From the NCBI GenBank assembly GCA_963708185.1, contig OY970195.1, positions 544,001-608,000 of the forward strand: 64,000 nt of DNA. The letters run 5' to 3'. The position numbers were made by a program, and so were the translations under genes. The notes beneath the pieces were generated by a model. That model was given only the letters and a program-made list of their open reading frames with translations. It did not search any database and was not told the DNA's origin. This DNA is from Candidatus Peregrinibacteria bacterium (GTDB lineage Bacteria > Patescibacteriota > Gracilibacteria > UBA1369). This document shows, one piece after another, positions 40,993 through 51,298 of this stretch; the stretch's first letter is position 1, and every line of letters starts with the position of its first letter.

Positions 40993-42273
40993 TTACTTCC
41001 CGAGAAATCTTTCAAACAGTTTGTCCATCTTCATCTTGTTTTCCAGACGGCGCAGAAGGTAGCTGCCCTCTTTATATTCCTTGCGGACCTTGTACTGCTC
41101 GTTTTTTGGATACAGTTCGATGATGTGTTCCATTTCCTTGTTCAGTTCATCCTTGGAAACGTCGATCTTTTCCTGTTCAAAAAGTTTCTGCAGGCCGAAG
41201 CGCAGGGTCAGGCGTTTGACGGCTTCCTTGCGGCGTTCGTTGCGCAGATCCTTGAGCTCTTTTTTATTCTGCTCCAGGAACTGTTCAAGGGTTACGCCGA
41301 TCTGCTGGCCGAGCTCGTTCTTGAACTCTTCGACCATGGCGTCGATCTCTTCTTCTTCCAGAATTTCAGGAATGTCCACATTGGTGTGTTCAATAACTTT
41401 GTCCAGGAAGGCGTTTTCACGGCGAACCTTCTCGGCTTCCTGCTTGTCGCGCAGCAGGTTCTGGCGGACCACTTCCTTGACCTGATCGATCGTTTTTTCT
41501 TCGCCGGTGACCTGTTTGATGAATTCCGGCGTCCATTCGGGAAGCGTCGTTTCCTCGATGCGGTTCAGAGTGACCTTGAACTCGACCTTTTTGCCTTGGA
41601 ACGGCTTATGGAAGTAGTCTTTGGGGAACGTCACCTTGAACTTTTTTTCTTCGCCTTTCTTCATGCCGACTAATTCATCTTCAAAACCCGGAACCAGCGT
41701 GTTGTCGCCGATGACAAGCGGATGGTTCTTGCTGTTGGTGTTGTCCAGGGGAGCTCCTCCTTCGTCAAAACCCTGAAAATCAATCTCCACACGGTCCCCT
41801 TTTTTGGCTTCACGGTCAACGTCCTTGTAGGTGGCGTGGCGCTTGCGGATATCTTCCAGCACCTGGTCCACGTCCTTTTCCTCAACCTTTGGTTCCTCTT
41901 TTTTGATGGAAATCTTGTCGTAACCGGTCACGCTCACATCCGGGTAGATTGCGACCGTGGCTTCGTAGACGAGCGGATTTTTGGTCTTGATATCCACCTT
42001 GGGGCGGCTCACCACCTGCAGTTTTTCCTTCATCACGGCTTCGGTATAGGTTTCGGGAAGGGCGATATCAAGCATATGGGCTTCAATCCCCTGCTCGTTG
42101 ACGTGCTGTTTGAGGACGTCCAAAGGAACGTGGCCGGGGCGGAAACCCGGGATCTTGAAATGCATGGAAACCTGTTCGGCGGCCTTTTGCATGAATTTTT
42201 CAACCCGTTCGGAAGGCACTTCGATCGTCAGCTTCACCTGCGACTTGGGGAGTTTTTGAACGGTAACTTTCAT
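40993..42273 (-). CDS. tig: Trigger factor
   Basis: IPGFRPGHVP ribosome-binding motif; FKBP domain LVPGFEDELVG..VTFPKDY. Confidence 0.95.
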   Translation of the reverse strand: MKVTVQKLPKSQVKLTIEVPSERVEKFMQKAAEQVSMHFKIPGFRPGHVPLDVLKQHVNEQGIEAHMLDIALPETYTEAVMKEKLQVVSRPKVDIKTKNPLVYEATVAIYPDVSVTGYDKISIKKEEPKVEEKDVDQVLEDIRKRHATYKDVDREAKKGDRVEIDFQGFDEGGAPLDNTNSKNHPLVIGDNTLVPGFEDELVGMKKGEEKKFKVTFPKDYFHKPFQGKKVEFKVTLNRIEETTLPEWTPEFIKQVTGEEKTIDQVKEVVRQNLLRDKQEAEKVRRENAFLDKVIEHTNVDIPEILEEEEIDAMVEEFKNELGQQIGVTLEQFLEQNKKELKDLRNERRKEAVKRLTLRFGLQKLFEQEKIDVSKDELNKEMEHIIELYPKNEQYKVRKEYKEGSYLLRRLENKMKMDKLFERFLGK

Positions 42274-42354
42274 TGGGATACAGTTAAAATGCCCATAAAG
42301 CTTAGCGGGAAATGGCGGGTTTATCAATGGTTACTTAAATATTTTTAGGTGAAG

Positions 42355-44337
42355 TCACTTTTTCAAAAATTTCTTTTCTCTGTTTCCAAATTGTTTTCGA
42401 AATTTCATATTCTCCTGAGCCAGTGATTTCAAGTCGTTTTGTTCATTTTCACATCGAGCTATTAGGGTTCGATAGTTTTTTTTAGCTTCACTTAATTTCC
42501 CTAAGAGTTCAGATGTTAGCGCTGCCCCGTAATGGTTCCATATAGTTGTTTCATGTGTTTCAATACCTTTACAAAATCTTCGATAGGCTACTTCAATATC
42601 ATCAATACTTTGTGCCTTCGATAGACACTTCAAGCCATCTTCAAAACACTGTCGAGCTTCATTCTTTTGACTGTTCCTGGTTAACTCAACAAGTTCAACA
42701 AGTGATTCATTTGTTTTTTCGATGGAATCAATAATTGATTCTCCTATTCTGAGAACTGTTTCATCAATTCGGCGCAGTTCAGCGACTACCGCCGTTCTAG
42801 ATATTATCATTTCCATTTGAATGTTAGAAAGGGTCTTGTGGATGGATTCCAGTCTCACATTTGCTAATCTCATTTCGCTGGCGACACTCCCAATACTTTG
42901 GTCGATTTTTGTTAGTCTTTGGTCAACACTTCCTAATATTGTGATAGTAGCTCCAAATCCTCTTTGTAATGTCCAATTCACTTGTTCAAATCCCTCCTCT
43001 ACCATATCGGCGAAAACTCCGACAATTGATCCAAGATCAATCATTCCATCTTTTATTTCGGCCAGATTTCCGACGATGGATGTGAGATGGTAATTTGATA
43101 CGTCTCTTTGCCGGATTCCGATATCGCCTTGTTCAACCATTCTCTCACGCTGTACTATGGCCGCTTGATTCTGCCCAACCATAGTGTCCAGTTTGTGAAG
43201 TCCTTCTTTACGCTGGCGGTTCCCCACTTCCAGATGACTTACGGCTGTTTCCCCTTGACGGTAGAGTTTTTCTTGCTGTTCAAGCGATGCCGCTCCCAGG
43301 GCTGCTAGGACGTTCCGCTGGCCGATCGCCGTACGTGTATCTCTAGCGATATCGAGCAAGCTGTAATTGATGGTCGTCAGGGACGCATCATCTCTTGTTT
43401 CGGGAAAATATTTTAACACTTCGTGTTGGTTCGAGGGTGCAAGGAGGTGTTTTTTTCCCAAACTTACAAGCATTTCCTGAGGTACCGGCGTCTGTTGAGC
43501 TCTTCGGTAAGTCTCAAAAAAGCGATCTACAAAATCGACGACGCTTTTAAGCAACGGAAGGTTATATTGTTCTGCCGTCTTGAGAGCGGTTGCCAAATGG
43601 TCATACACTTTTCCCCGGTCTGAAGTTAGAAGTCCGAGAGGATTTCTAAAAAGATTAAGAGAGTCTCTGATTTCAGGAAAATCAAAGATCGTTTTGAGCG
43701 GAGGGATGGGAAGTTCTGTTTCTTCATTTTCCTGCTGGACTTGCTGATATCGAATCATCTGCTCTTTTTGAATTTTCGTTTCAAGTTCTCTTTCTATGTG
43801 CGGCACCACATTTTTGATTGGTTGCATTTTTTCCTGGAAAAGCTGCTGAAATTCTCCTATAGCATTGCGATTGAGAATTCCTTTGCTGTAAGCGCACATT
43901 GCGGCAAAAAAATCGCCATTTTTTTCGATCATAGCGGCTAGATTTTCGTGTGGATACGGAGGTCCCTTGAGGTCATTCAAATCACCGTGGAGCTGACCAA
44001 ACCCCTCTGAGGTCGCGTGTCCGAGTGCTTCGAGTTCCTGAGCACTGCGTTCGTGGGCGTTGTAGGCATTTTGCATTTCATAAGCAAGGTCCCCGAGAAT
44101 GCGTGCGGTTTCAGTGGCGCGAAAATCGCCAGCGGGTATTGTCATTGATCCGCCGTGAGCTTGAGCCAGCCTGTCGATAGCCTGTTCCTGGAAAGAGATC
44201 AGCTTTTGCTGAAAATCCCGATTCTCTTTTCTCCCTCTGTGGAGTTCGGCGACAATTCTCCCGTCCGGCGTATGGCTGGCCGGATACATGGGAATATCAT
44301 GGACCAAATTTTCCAGGAAACGGGAATTTTTAGCCAT
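42355..44337 (-). CDS. Hypothetical coiled-coil protein with TPR-like C-terminus
   Basis: 660 aa ORF, AT-richer, heptad-like helical segments. Confidence 0.65.
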   Translation of the reverse strand: MAKNSRFLENLVHDIPMYPASHTPDGRIVAELHRGRKENRDFQQKLISFQEQAIDRLAQAHGGSMTIPAGDFRATETARILGDLAYEMQNAYNAHERSAQELEALGHATSEGFGQLHGDLNDLKGPPYPHENLAAMIEKNGDFFAAMCAYSKGILNRNAIGEFQQLFQEKMQPIKNVVPHIERELETKIQKEQMIRYQQVQQENEETELPIPPLKTIFDFPEIRDSLNLFRNPLGLLTSDRGKVYDHLATALKTAEQYNLPLLKSVVDFVDRFFETYRRAQQTPVPQEMLVSLGKKHLLAPSNQHEVLKYFPETRDDASLTTINYSLLDIARDTRTAIGQRNVLAALGAASLEQQEKLYRQGETAVSHLEVGNRQRKEGLHKLDTMVGQNQAAIVQRERMVEQGDIGIRQRDVSNYHLTSIVGNLAEIKDGMIDLGSIVGVFADMVEEGFEQVNWTLQRGFGATITILGSVDQRLTKIDQSIGSVASEMRLANVRLESIHKTLSNIQMEMIISRTAVVAELRRIDETVLRIGESIIDSIEKTNESLVELVELTRNSQKNEARQCFEDGLKCLSKAQSIDDIEVAYRRFCKGIETHETTIWNHYGAALTSELLGKLSEAKKNYRTLIARCENEQNDLKSLAQENMKFRKQFGNREKKFLKK

Positions 44338-44506
44338 AATTACTCGTTAGAAGATAGCAGTACTATCATGAATTTCACGAAAAAGTCAACTCTTTGTCTT
44401 GCTTATGCCTTTTCTTGTCATTTTTTTGTTACAAATCCAGCCTTTTTTGTAATAAGGAACTATGGTATAATATTTAGATTAAAAGAATCTAAAAAATTCA
44501 TTAAAT

Positions 44507-47500
44507 ATGTCCGGAAAAGAACACCACAGACCGCTTACCCTCGAGGAAATGCAGGAGGAAGAGGAACTGAAAGCCGCCGAGCACCTGCACGAAGGCATTA
44601 AAGGCTTTTATTTGACCGATCCGTTTGATGGGGATATTGAACCGGAACGTCTTGGTGTTCGTGACGATATCGCCCATGCGCTTGAGCACGACTATCACGG
44701 GAAACGCGTTCAGGATGTCCTCCTTGATGCCCGGGTTACTGAACAGCTGCGACAAAAGATAAAACGAAAAAAATCCCATGAACACAAAACATGGAAACGG
44801 CTTGTTCCAGGCAGTGAGGAGTGGATGGGCAATAGAAAGCGAGAGATAAAGAATGCTGCTCGTACTTTAACAAACCCGATGCGTTGGTTCAGAGACGATT
44901 TTGATGAATATGCAGAAGAGATACAAAAGGAGTTCTGGGGAGATCCGGATTCTAACAAAAAAATCCGGAATGATCTTATTCAAGCGGTCAACCTCAATGC
45001 TCTTCCGCAGGATATTCAGGATAAAATCAAAAAATCTTTTGGAGCAATAAAGCCTGGTTCTCCGTCATTAGATCAACTCTTTTCCAGCGCTGACAACAAA
45101 AAACTTCTAGAACTTCTGGGAAGCATTAAAGACAATGGAGGTAAAAAATTTTTTGAAGGAAATGCAGCTTTTCAAAGACTTCTTGCGGCCAGTATACCTG
45201 AAGAACCTTACGCAAATGAGTTGATGCTGCATTCCCGTGACCGTTTGTATTTTTTTACCAAATATGAAATAGGAGCGATTTCCGATCAGAATGAACAAAA
45301 AAGGGTTGTGGGCACAATAAACAATGTTTTTGGAATACAAAGTGACACCACTTTGGCTGACTTTGACCATTTTTTAAAAGCTACCCCTGATCAACTTCAA
45401 AAACTTTCGAAAACATTTGATGCTATTTTTGTAGAGGGAAAAGCAAAAATCGGAAAACAGCACATTGAGAGAATCAGAGAAATTGAAAGAATTATAGCTA
45501 TCGAAAAAGCAAAAATTTTAAGCGTACAGATTTATGATCCACATCGACTGCAAGATCAATTTGTACATAAAATTTCTGAATCTACAGCCTCCGCCGAAGA
45601 TAAAGATCTAAAAGAAAAACTCGAAAAACTTCTCGGTGGTCATTTTGATCGACAGATGGAACAAGACCACAATTTACAGGCTTTATTGGCAGAACTTGAG
45701 TCTCAAAGAGCAACGAATATTACTCAACTTAATGAGCATCTTGAAAATGTATTGATTGATTACCCGGTCGAAAAAAGGACTGTCGTAAAAAGAGAGCTCT
45801 CTGAAGATGAAAAACAAAACAATCAGAAACTTGATGAATACGTTGAAACCATAAATAATGTCGCAATAAAACTCGATGAAAAACTCGATGAAAAACAAAA
45901 AATTAACAGTTCATTCATAGATATTGGAAGGAAAAGGAATGATTTGGAAAAAACCAGAGGAGCTAAAAAACAACAAGAACATGAGGTAAAAATGAAGATA
46001 GGAAATGTACGCGAAGAGCGTAAAAAAGCTATTATAGAAATTGACTCAACCCAGAGCAATCTTACTGAAAAAGAACTAGAGATTAATACAGCAAAATCTG
46101 AATGTGATCGTATTGAACGTGAATTACGTGATGAAAAAAAGAAAAACAATCCTGACCAAAGTGTGACTAGTAAACTTGAAAAAGATTTAAGTGATAGAAA
46201 GGAAGAACTCGAACATTTAAAAACAGATGCCAAAGGTTTAAGAGCTAAACTTCAGGAAAAAAAGGCTCTTAAAACAGACGTCGATCAAGATCTTGAGAAG
46301 CTGGAGAAAGAACTTCGGGAAATCGCGACGCTTGATGAATTTGCAGATTTGAAGACAAAAAATGCTGAATTTACAAACCGTGAAAACGAACTTAAAAAGA
46401 GGTTATTGGAACTCAACAAAGAAATCGTTGAGGCAGAGCGTGAGTTTAAAAAATCCGCAAACAGTTTTGTGATGTTTGTCGAAAAAACAATGAAGAAAGA
46501 GATTAAAGGCACAGTCCTGACAAATGACGTAAAAATCAAAATGATCAAAGATACTCTAACCACATTGAACCCTTCGTTTGTGAAACAAATCGCTACTGAC
46601 CTTGTGTTTAAAAATGAGTTTAATCAAGAAATTAACGTGCTTAAAGCTGTAGGAACTGAGGTCAAAAGTCTTTCACCAGATAATTTACTTTTTGAATTAA
46701 AAAAGCAACAAACATTGGCTATACAAGAAAATGGCCACTCAAAGTATACTGATGAGCAGGCAAACAAAATAGCCCGTATGGCTACTTCATTTGCTGAAAT
46801 TGACGCCAAGAACGTTGAGCTCTTCCGTGCCGGGAACCGCGAGATCGCCGAAAGCAAAGTTAAGGGATGGCGTGGAATTGAAGGGGTATGGAGAAAATCC
46901 AAACAGCAGGCGGCTTCCAGGTTTTTTGACAGTGAAACCTTCCGGGCGCGTGATATTATTGAACATATCGCCGGGCTTGATCATGCCTTTGAATGTTTCA
47001 AAGACCTTCCTGCCGACGCTTCTCTTACGGATATCCGCAACGCCATCAAACACCACGGCGGCATGAGTACGGAAAATCTCATGAAGTTCTACCTGCATCT
47101 CCAGGAAGCTTTGAAGTCTTTTCAGGTCGGTGGACATCGTATCGTGGAAATTGCCGATCACGACTGGCCGATCGAACAGGTCGCTCTTTTTGCCGAACGT
47201 ATCCATGCGGAGATCGAGGCCCGTGAATTCTGTCATAAGATTGAACATCCGGAAACGGAAGAAGACAAGAAACTTTCCAAAGATAACAAAGCCGCGTATT
47301 TCCAGAAACTTCTTAACCAGCGCGACGAAAATCTTAAGAATCTCGAGCAGCAACATCTTGAAGAGATGCGCAATCCGAGCAGTCTCTGGCAGACGAGTTT
47401 TTTGAAGAGCCTGATGAAGGGCAAATTCGGTGAAGCTTATGACAAAGCGCTCAAAGCCGCGAAAGAAAAGGGGCTGAAAGGACAGGCGATGAGGGACTAT

Positions 47501-48034
47501 CTCCAAAAGGAAACGAGTGCACCGAAAACCATCCTGAAACATCTCATGACCGGCCTTGCCCTGAAAGAGGCCTTGGACATCGGCAGCGGCATCGTGAAAT
47601 GGACCGGCAGCAAGCTTGGGAAAGCCTGCAGCAAGGCCGCGAAATTCGGCGTCAAAAAAGGCGGCGGCATCGTGGCATCGGTCTGGCAGAAGCTCGGCAA
47701 ACCCGCATTAAAAGGGACCGGCAAAGGCATCGCGTACGTTGGGAAAGGCGTGGGCAAGGGAGTGTACAAAGCCGGAAAATTCACGGTCTGGACCGCCCCG
47801 AAATTCTTCTTCTGGGATGCCCCGAGGTGGACGGCAAAAACGACTGCAAAGGCTTTATGGTGGCCTTTCAAGACCGTGGGTCGCGGCGCCAAAGGATTCT
47901 GGAATTTCTTCCATTATTCCGATGAAACACGCGCCAAAGACGCGGCCTGGTATGCCCAGAAAAAGGCTCATTCCGGAGGCCATGGCGGTGGTGGCGGCCA
48001 CGGAGGTGGCGGTCATGGCGGTGCCCATGGCTGA
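44507..48034 (+). CDS. Large hypothetical coiled-coil protein (1175 aa)
   Basis: Long K/E coiled coil; basic Gly-rich amphipathic C-terminal region; HGGGGG tail. Confidence 0.75.
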   Translation: MSGKEHHRPLTLEEMQEEEELKAAEHLHEGIKGFYLTDPFDGDIEPERLGVRDDIAHALEHDYHGKRVQDVLLDARVTEQLRQKIKRKKSHEHKTWKRLVPGSEEWMGNRKREIKNAARTLTNPMRWFRDDFDEYAEEIQKEFWGDPDSNKKIRNDLIQAVNLNALPQDIQDKIKKSFGAIKPGSPSLDQLFSSADNKKLLELLGSIKDNGGKKFFEGNAAFQRLLAASIPEEPYANELMLHSRDRLYFFTKYEIGAISDQNEQKRVVGTINNVFGIQSDTTLADFDHFLKATPDQLQKLSKTFDAIFVEGKAKIGKQHIERIREIERIIAIEKAKILSVQIYDPHRLQDQFVHKISESTASAEDKDLKEKLEKLLGGHFDRQMEQDHNLQALLAELESQRATNITQLNEHLENVLIDYPVEKRTVVKRELSEDEKQNNQKLDEYVETINNVAIKLDEKLDEKQKINSSFIDIGRKRNDLEKTRGAKKQQEHEVKMKIGNVREERKKAIIEIDSTQSNLTEKELEINTAKSECDRIERELRDEKKKNNPDQSVTSKLEKDLSDRKEELEHLKTDAKGLRAKLQEKKALKTDVDQDLEKLEKELREIATLDEFADLKTKNAEFTNRENELKKRLLELNKEIVEAEREFKKSANSFVMFVEKTMKKEIKGTVLTNDVKIKMIKDTLTTLNPSFVKQIATDLVFKNEFNQEINVLKAVGTEVKSLSPDNLLFELKKQQTLAIQENGHSKYTDEQANKIARMATSFAEIDAKNVELFRAGNREIAESKVKGWRGIEGVWRKSKQQAASRFFDSETFRARDIIEHIAGLDHAFECFKDLPADASLTDIRNAIKHHGGMSTENLMKFYLHLQEALKSFQVGGHRIVEIADHDWPIEQVALFAERIHAEIEAREFCHKIEHPETEEDKKLSKDNKAAYFQKLLNQRDENLKNLEQQHLEEMRNPSSLWQTSFLKSLMKGKFGEAYDKALKAAKEKGLKGQAMRDYLQKETSAPKTILKHLMTGLALKEALDIGSGIVKWTGSKLGKACSKAAKFGVKKGGGIVASVWQKLGKPALKGTGKGIAYVGKGVGKGVYKAGKFTVWTAPKFFFWDAPRWTAKTTAKALWWPFKTVGRGAKGFWNFFHYSDETRAKDAAWYAQKKAHSGGHGGGGGHGGGGHGGAHG

Positions 48035-48077
48035 ACCCATTATGTATTACTCACAATAAAAATTTAATCTCAACATT

Positions 48078-48452
48078 ATGTCTAAAAAACCACAATATTT
48101 CGATCCCACGGTCTTCGTGGACAAAGTCATGCGCGACTGCGATTTTGGCGACATTGACGATAAAACCCGTTCTGCTCTGGAGGAAGGCATCCAGCGCCGT
48201 CTGGCCGAACGCATCGTCGCTTCAATCATCGACAGTTTCAACGAACGGGAGTTCACTTTGCTCGAAAAGGTCATGGAGGACCATCCCGAACTCGATGACA
48301 TCGACTGCATCATGCTGATTTCCACCGAGGTTCCGAATCTCGAACAACGTCTCGAAAAAGCCATCATGGATCTTTATGACGAACTCACCTATGATGCGCG
48401 TCAGATCCAACAGGCCATGGATAACCGAAAACAGGCCGAACATGCTGCTTAA
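48078..48452 (+). CDS. Small acidic CPR protein (DUF5663-like)
   Basis: 124 aa helical ORF, RLAERI..IIDSF..EF..L..V.E pattern. Confidence 0.55.
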   Translation: MSKKPQYFDPTVFVDKVMRDCDFGDIDDKTRSALEEGIQRRLAERIVASIIDSFNEREFTLLEKVMEDHPELDDIDCIMLISTEVPNLEQRLEKAIMDLYDELTYDARQIQQAMDNRKQAEHAA

Positions 48453-48573
48453 ATAGGTTTAGGCCACCTTTTTGCCATTTGCGCAATCTTAAATACCCCC
48501 TCGAAAACGGCTCCAGGCATAGAAAAATGGGCCGTTTTTTGCTATAATATAAAGATTAATTTTGTACAAAATT

Positions 48574-51078
48574 ATGGCTCAGGGACCGATAGACCCACAT
48601 GTCGACCTCGACTATTACCGCCAGTATGACCAGAAAGAGGCGGTCAATGCCGAAAATGAACGCATTCCCCAGAAGGAAACGCTCAACGCTCGTTACGTGA
48701 GCGACTTTTTGAGGCAGCGCGGTATTACGGCCGAGAATTTCGACAAGAGCTTCACTTTAGCCACGGCCGTAGATTTGACCGCGGCCAAACATTCCAAAGG
48801 TGAAGCCGAAATGTTCAATGTCCTGAGCAAAACCAAGGCTTACCTCGACCAGCGCAATCTGGGCAATCTTCTGGAAAGCACCAACGAAGCCATGGTGAAA
48901 TCCGACATTCACAAGGAACTCAACGATCGCAATGAACTCAAAAATGAAGCTGATCTGCAGCGTGGGTACTATACCTACCGCGTGGTCCGCGATTACTGCG
49001 ACCGCATGTTCAAGATCCGCGAACAGTTCAGCGAGACCCGCGAAAAAGAAAAGACCAAGGTGGAAAAAGGGGTCAAGGAGGAGTTTGCCGGGGTCATGGA
49101 AACCGCCAAAAAGAATTTCGGCAATCTCGACGGCAAAGAAAAACTGCTTGTGGTTGTCGGCGGAATCATCGGAGCCGCCATGCTCATGGGTTCGGAAAGT
49201 CCCCGCGTGGCAAAGATCAAAGAAACGATGTGGACGTGTTTAAAAATCGGCGGGTTCGCCTGGTTCGGTAACACGCTCTTCAAAGTTTTTACCGGAAAAA
49301 CCGCGCTCGATACGGTCAGCGACTGGAGCAAATCCAATGTGGCCACGGAGAGCTTCTGGACCAAGACCTATAAGACCAACGCCGACCAGGCGGAAATTCT
49401 TCGTGCCAGCACCATCTATCTTGGCGACAAGGATTTTATGTATCTGGCTTCAGAATATAAAAAAGCACGTGATCTTGGAAAAAACGAGATCGTGCTCCCG
49501 ACCGTCATGCAAAAAGATATGGATCCGAAACAGATCTATACGTCGCTCGATGTTTTCTTCAAACGTTATCCGGTGGAACAGCTCATGCGCAAATATGCCC
49601 AGGTCACGCCAAAAGCGACCTGGCGGGAAGTCGTGGGATCGGAAATGATCGAAGACAAGAGCATTGAAATGCAGGACAGTCTCGTCAGCCGTACCGTTGA
49701 CGCCGTTCACGGAACCGTGGACAGGGCCTATAACTATATGGCTCCGCGCGCCGCCGCTGCCGTCGACTACGTTTCTTCCGGCAAGTTTGCCGAAGCAGCA
49801 GCAAAAACCGGTGAGAAAGTCGGCGGCGCCGTCAATGAAATCGGCCATGGCATCGGCAGAGGCGTTAAAGGTCTCGCCATCGGTGTCGCGGCTGGTGCCG
49901 GCGGCATTGCCAAAGGTGTCTACGAGGGCGGCAAAGGTGTCGCCAAAGAAGCCATCGGAGGGGGACAAGAGGTCGCCAGCGATGTAAGCGAAGCCGCCAA
50001 AGAAGCCTGGGCCTGGGCCAAAGATCTTTACCATAAAAATTTCGGGAAAGAAGGTACCGACGACCAGGTTCTTGAATGGTCCCAAAAATCATTGAAGAAC
50101 TGGGATGAAAGCAAGAGCGGAGACCTGGAAAAATTCATCCGGGAAAACAATGCCGAAAAAATGAAAGCGGACGGTTACATCGAAGCTTTCCGCAACGGCA
50201 GTTTTGAACGTATAAACGACGTCGATGTGAAATACGCCGTGCGCGACAATGATTCGATTTATGTATCAGCGGGATGCCGCGTCCCAGGCGTGATCGGCAA
50301 TGAAGCCGGAGTTCTTGAAGCCATGAAAAAATCCGACAGTGCCGCCCGAGAATTTTTAAAGAAAAAATATCCCCAGGTCGGTGACAAGATCGACCAGTTC
50401 GTCGAGTTTGGACAGGGCGTCTATGTGGTCAACGACAACAGTTATAAAGTGTTCGTCCGTATGCCTTTGCCGGGAACGGTGGAGTTCAACGAGCGCAATG
50501 CCGGACGGTGGGGCCAGCAAGAGATGAAGTCCCGTAAAAACATTGAAATTTTCGGGACTGACAACAAGATTGAATACGGCAAACTGGAACCTTGGCAGCA
50601 GCAAAACCTGCGTCTTCGTTTCTACCTCGATGCAAGTCAGACGACTGAACTTGAAGCGGTCTGCGACAAATATACCCGCATATACAACACGAAAGGAAAG
50701 TCCATGGCCGAGGTCATGGCCCGCCTGACCGAAAACAATGAAGACCGCGACGCCGTGGTCAAGGCGCTCAAAAACAGTATCCAGCTCGACCAGAAACTCT
50801 ACGCGCACCGCGGCGTTCTGGAAGCCAATGAAAGCAAGATCGAATCCATCGAAACTGAAGCCGCCAAGAAAGTGGCGGGTTCGGACAAGGTCAAACATGA
50901 TTTCCAGGAACGGATGAACAGAACCCTCGGTTCTTCACTTCGTCTTGCGCTGCTTGGAGACAAACCTTCAATGGAGTTGTTTCATTTCGATCCTGCCACG
51001 AAAAGCGTGGACCAACTACTCAAGGAATACCAACATAAACTCGAGGATTTCTCCAAACAGGCCAACGTGGAATCGTAA
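48574..51078 (+). CDS. Large hypothetical protein with hydrophobic hairpin and Gly/Ala amphipathic repeats
   Basis: 834 aa; LLVVVGGIIGAAMLMG and IGGFAWFG segments; GIGRGVKGLAIGVAAGAGGIAKG. Confidence 0.75.
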   Translation: MAQGPIDPHVDLDYYRQYDQKEAVNAENERIPQKETLNARYVSDFLRQRGITAENFDKSFTLATAVDLTAAKHSKGEAEMFNVLSKTKAYLDQRNLGNLLESTNEAMVKSDIHKELNDRNELKNEADLQRGYYTYRVVRDYCDRMFKIREQFSETREKEKTKVEKGVKEEFAGVMETAKKNFGNLDGKEKLLVVVGGIIGAAMLMGSESPRVAKIKETMWTCLKIGGFAWFGNTLFKVFTGKTALDTVSDWSKSNVATESFWTKTYKTNADQAEILRASTIYLGDKDFMYLASEYKKARDLGKNEIVLPTVMQKDMDPKQIYTSLDVFFKRYPVEQLMRKYAQVTPKATWREVVGSEMIEDKSIEMQDSLVSRTVDAVHGTVDRAYNYMAPRAAAAVDYVSSGKFAEAAAKTGEKVGGAVNEIGHGIGRGVKGLAIGVAAGAGGIAKGVYEGGKGVAKEAIGGGQEVASDVSEAAKEAWAWAKDLYHKNFGKEGTDDQVLEWSQKSLKNWDESKSGDLEKFIRENNAEKMKADGYIEAFRNGSFERINDVDVKYAVRDNDSIYVSAGCRVPGVIGNEAGVLEAMKKSDSAAREFLKKKYPQVGDKIDQFVEFGQGVYVVNDNSYKVFVRMPLPGTVEFNERNAGRWGQQEMKSRKNIEIFGTDNKIEYGKLEPWQQQNLRLRFYLDASQTTELEAVCDKYTRIYNTKGKSMAEVMARLTENNEDRDAVVKALKNSIQLDQKLYAHRGVLEANESKIESIETEAAKKVAGSDKVKHDFQERMNRTLGSSLRLALLGDKPSMELFHFDPATKSVDQLLKEYQHKLEDFSKQANVES

Positions 51079-51161
51079 GCTCTTTCACTTTTGAGGATTA
51101 TCTTTCTCCAAGAGGAGCGTTTTTTCGTCATACCTCCTCCGTGTTTGAGGAGCTCCACGCA

Positions 51162-51229
51162 TTGACAAATTTGATAATTTATGGTATACTCCTCAAGCTT
51201 TTACTGCGCATAATTTTTGCTCTTTGACA
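51162..51229 (+). promoter_or_regulatory. sigma70 promoter and boxA-like element of cassette C
   Basis: TTGACA-N17-TATACT (51162-51190); TGCTCTTTGACA at 51218-51229. Confidence 0.75.
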
Positions 51230-51298
51230 TTCCGTTCAAGCAGAGAGGGACTTGCTGACAATGTGGTTTTCCAAAGCCAACATTGACGGCAGATCTCC

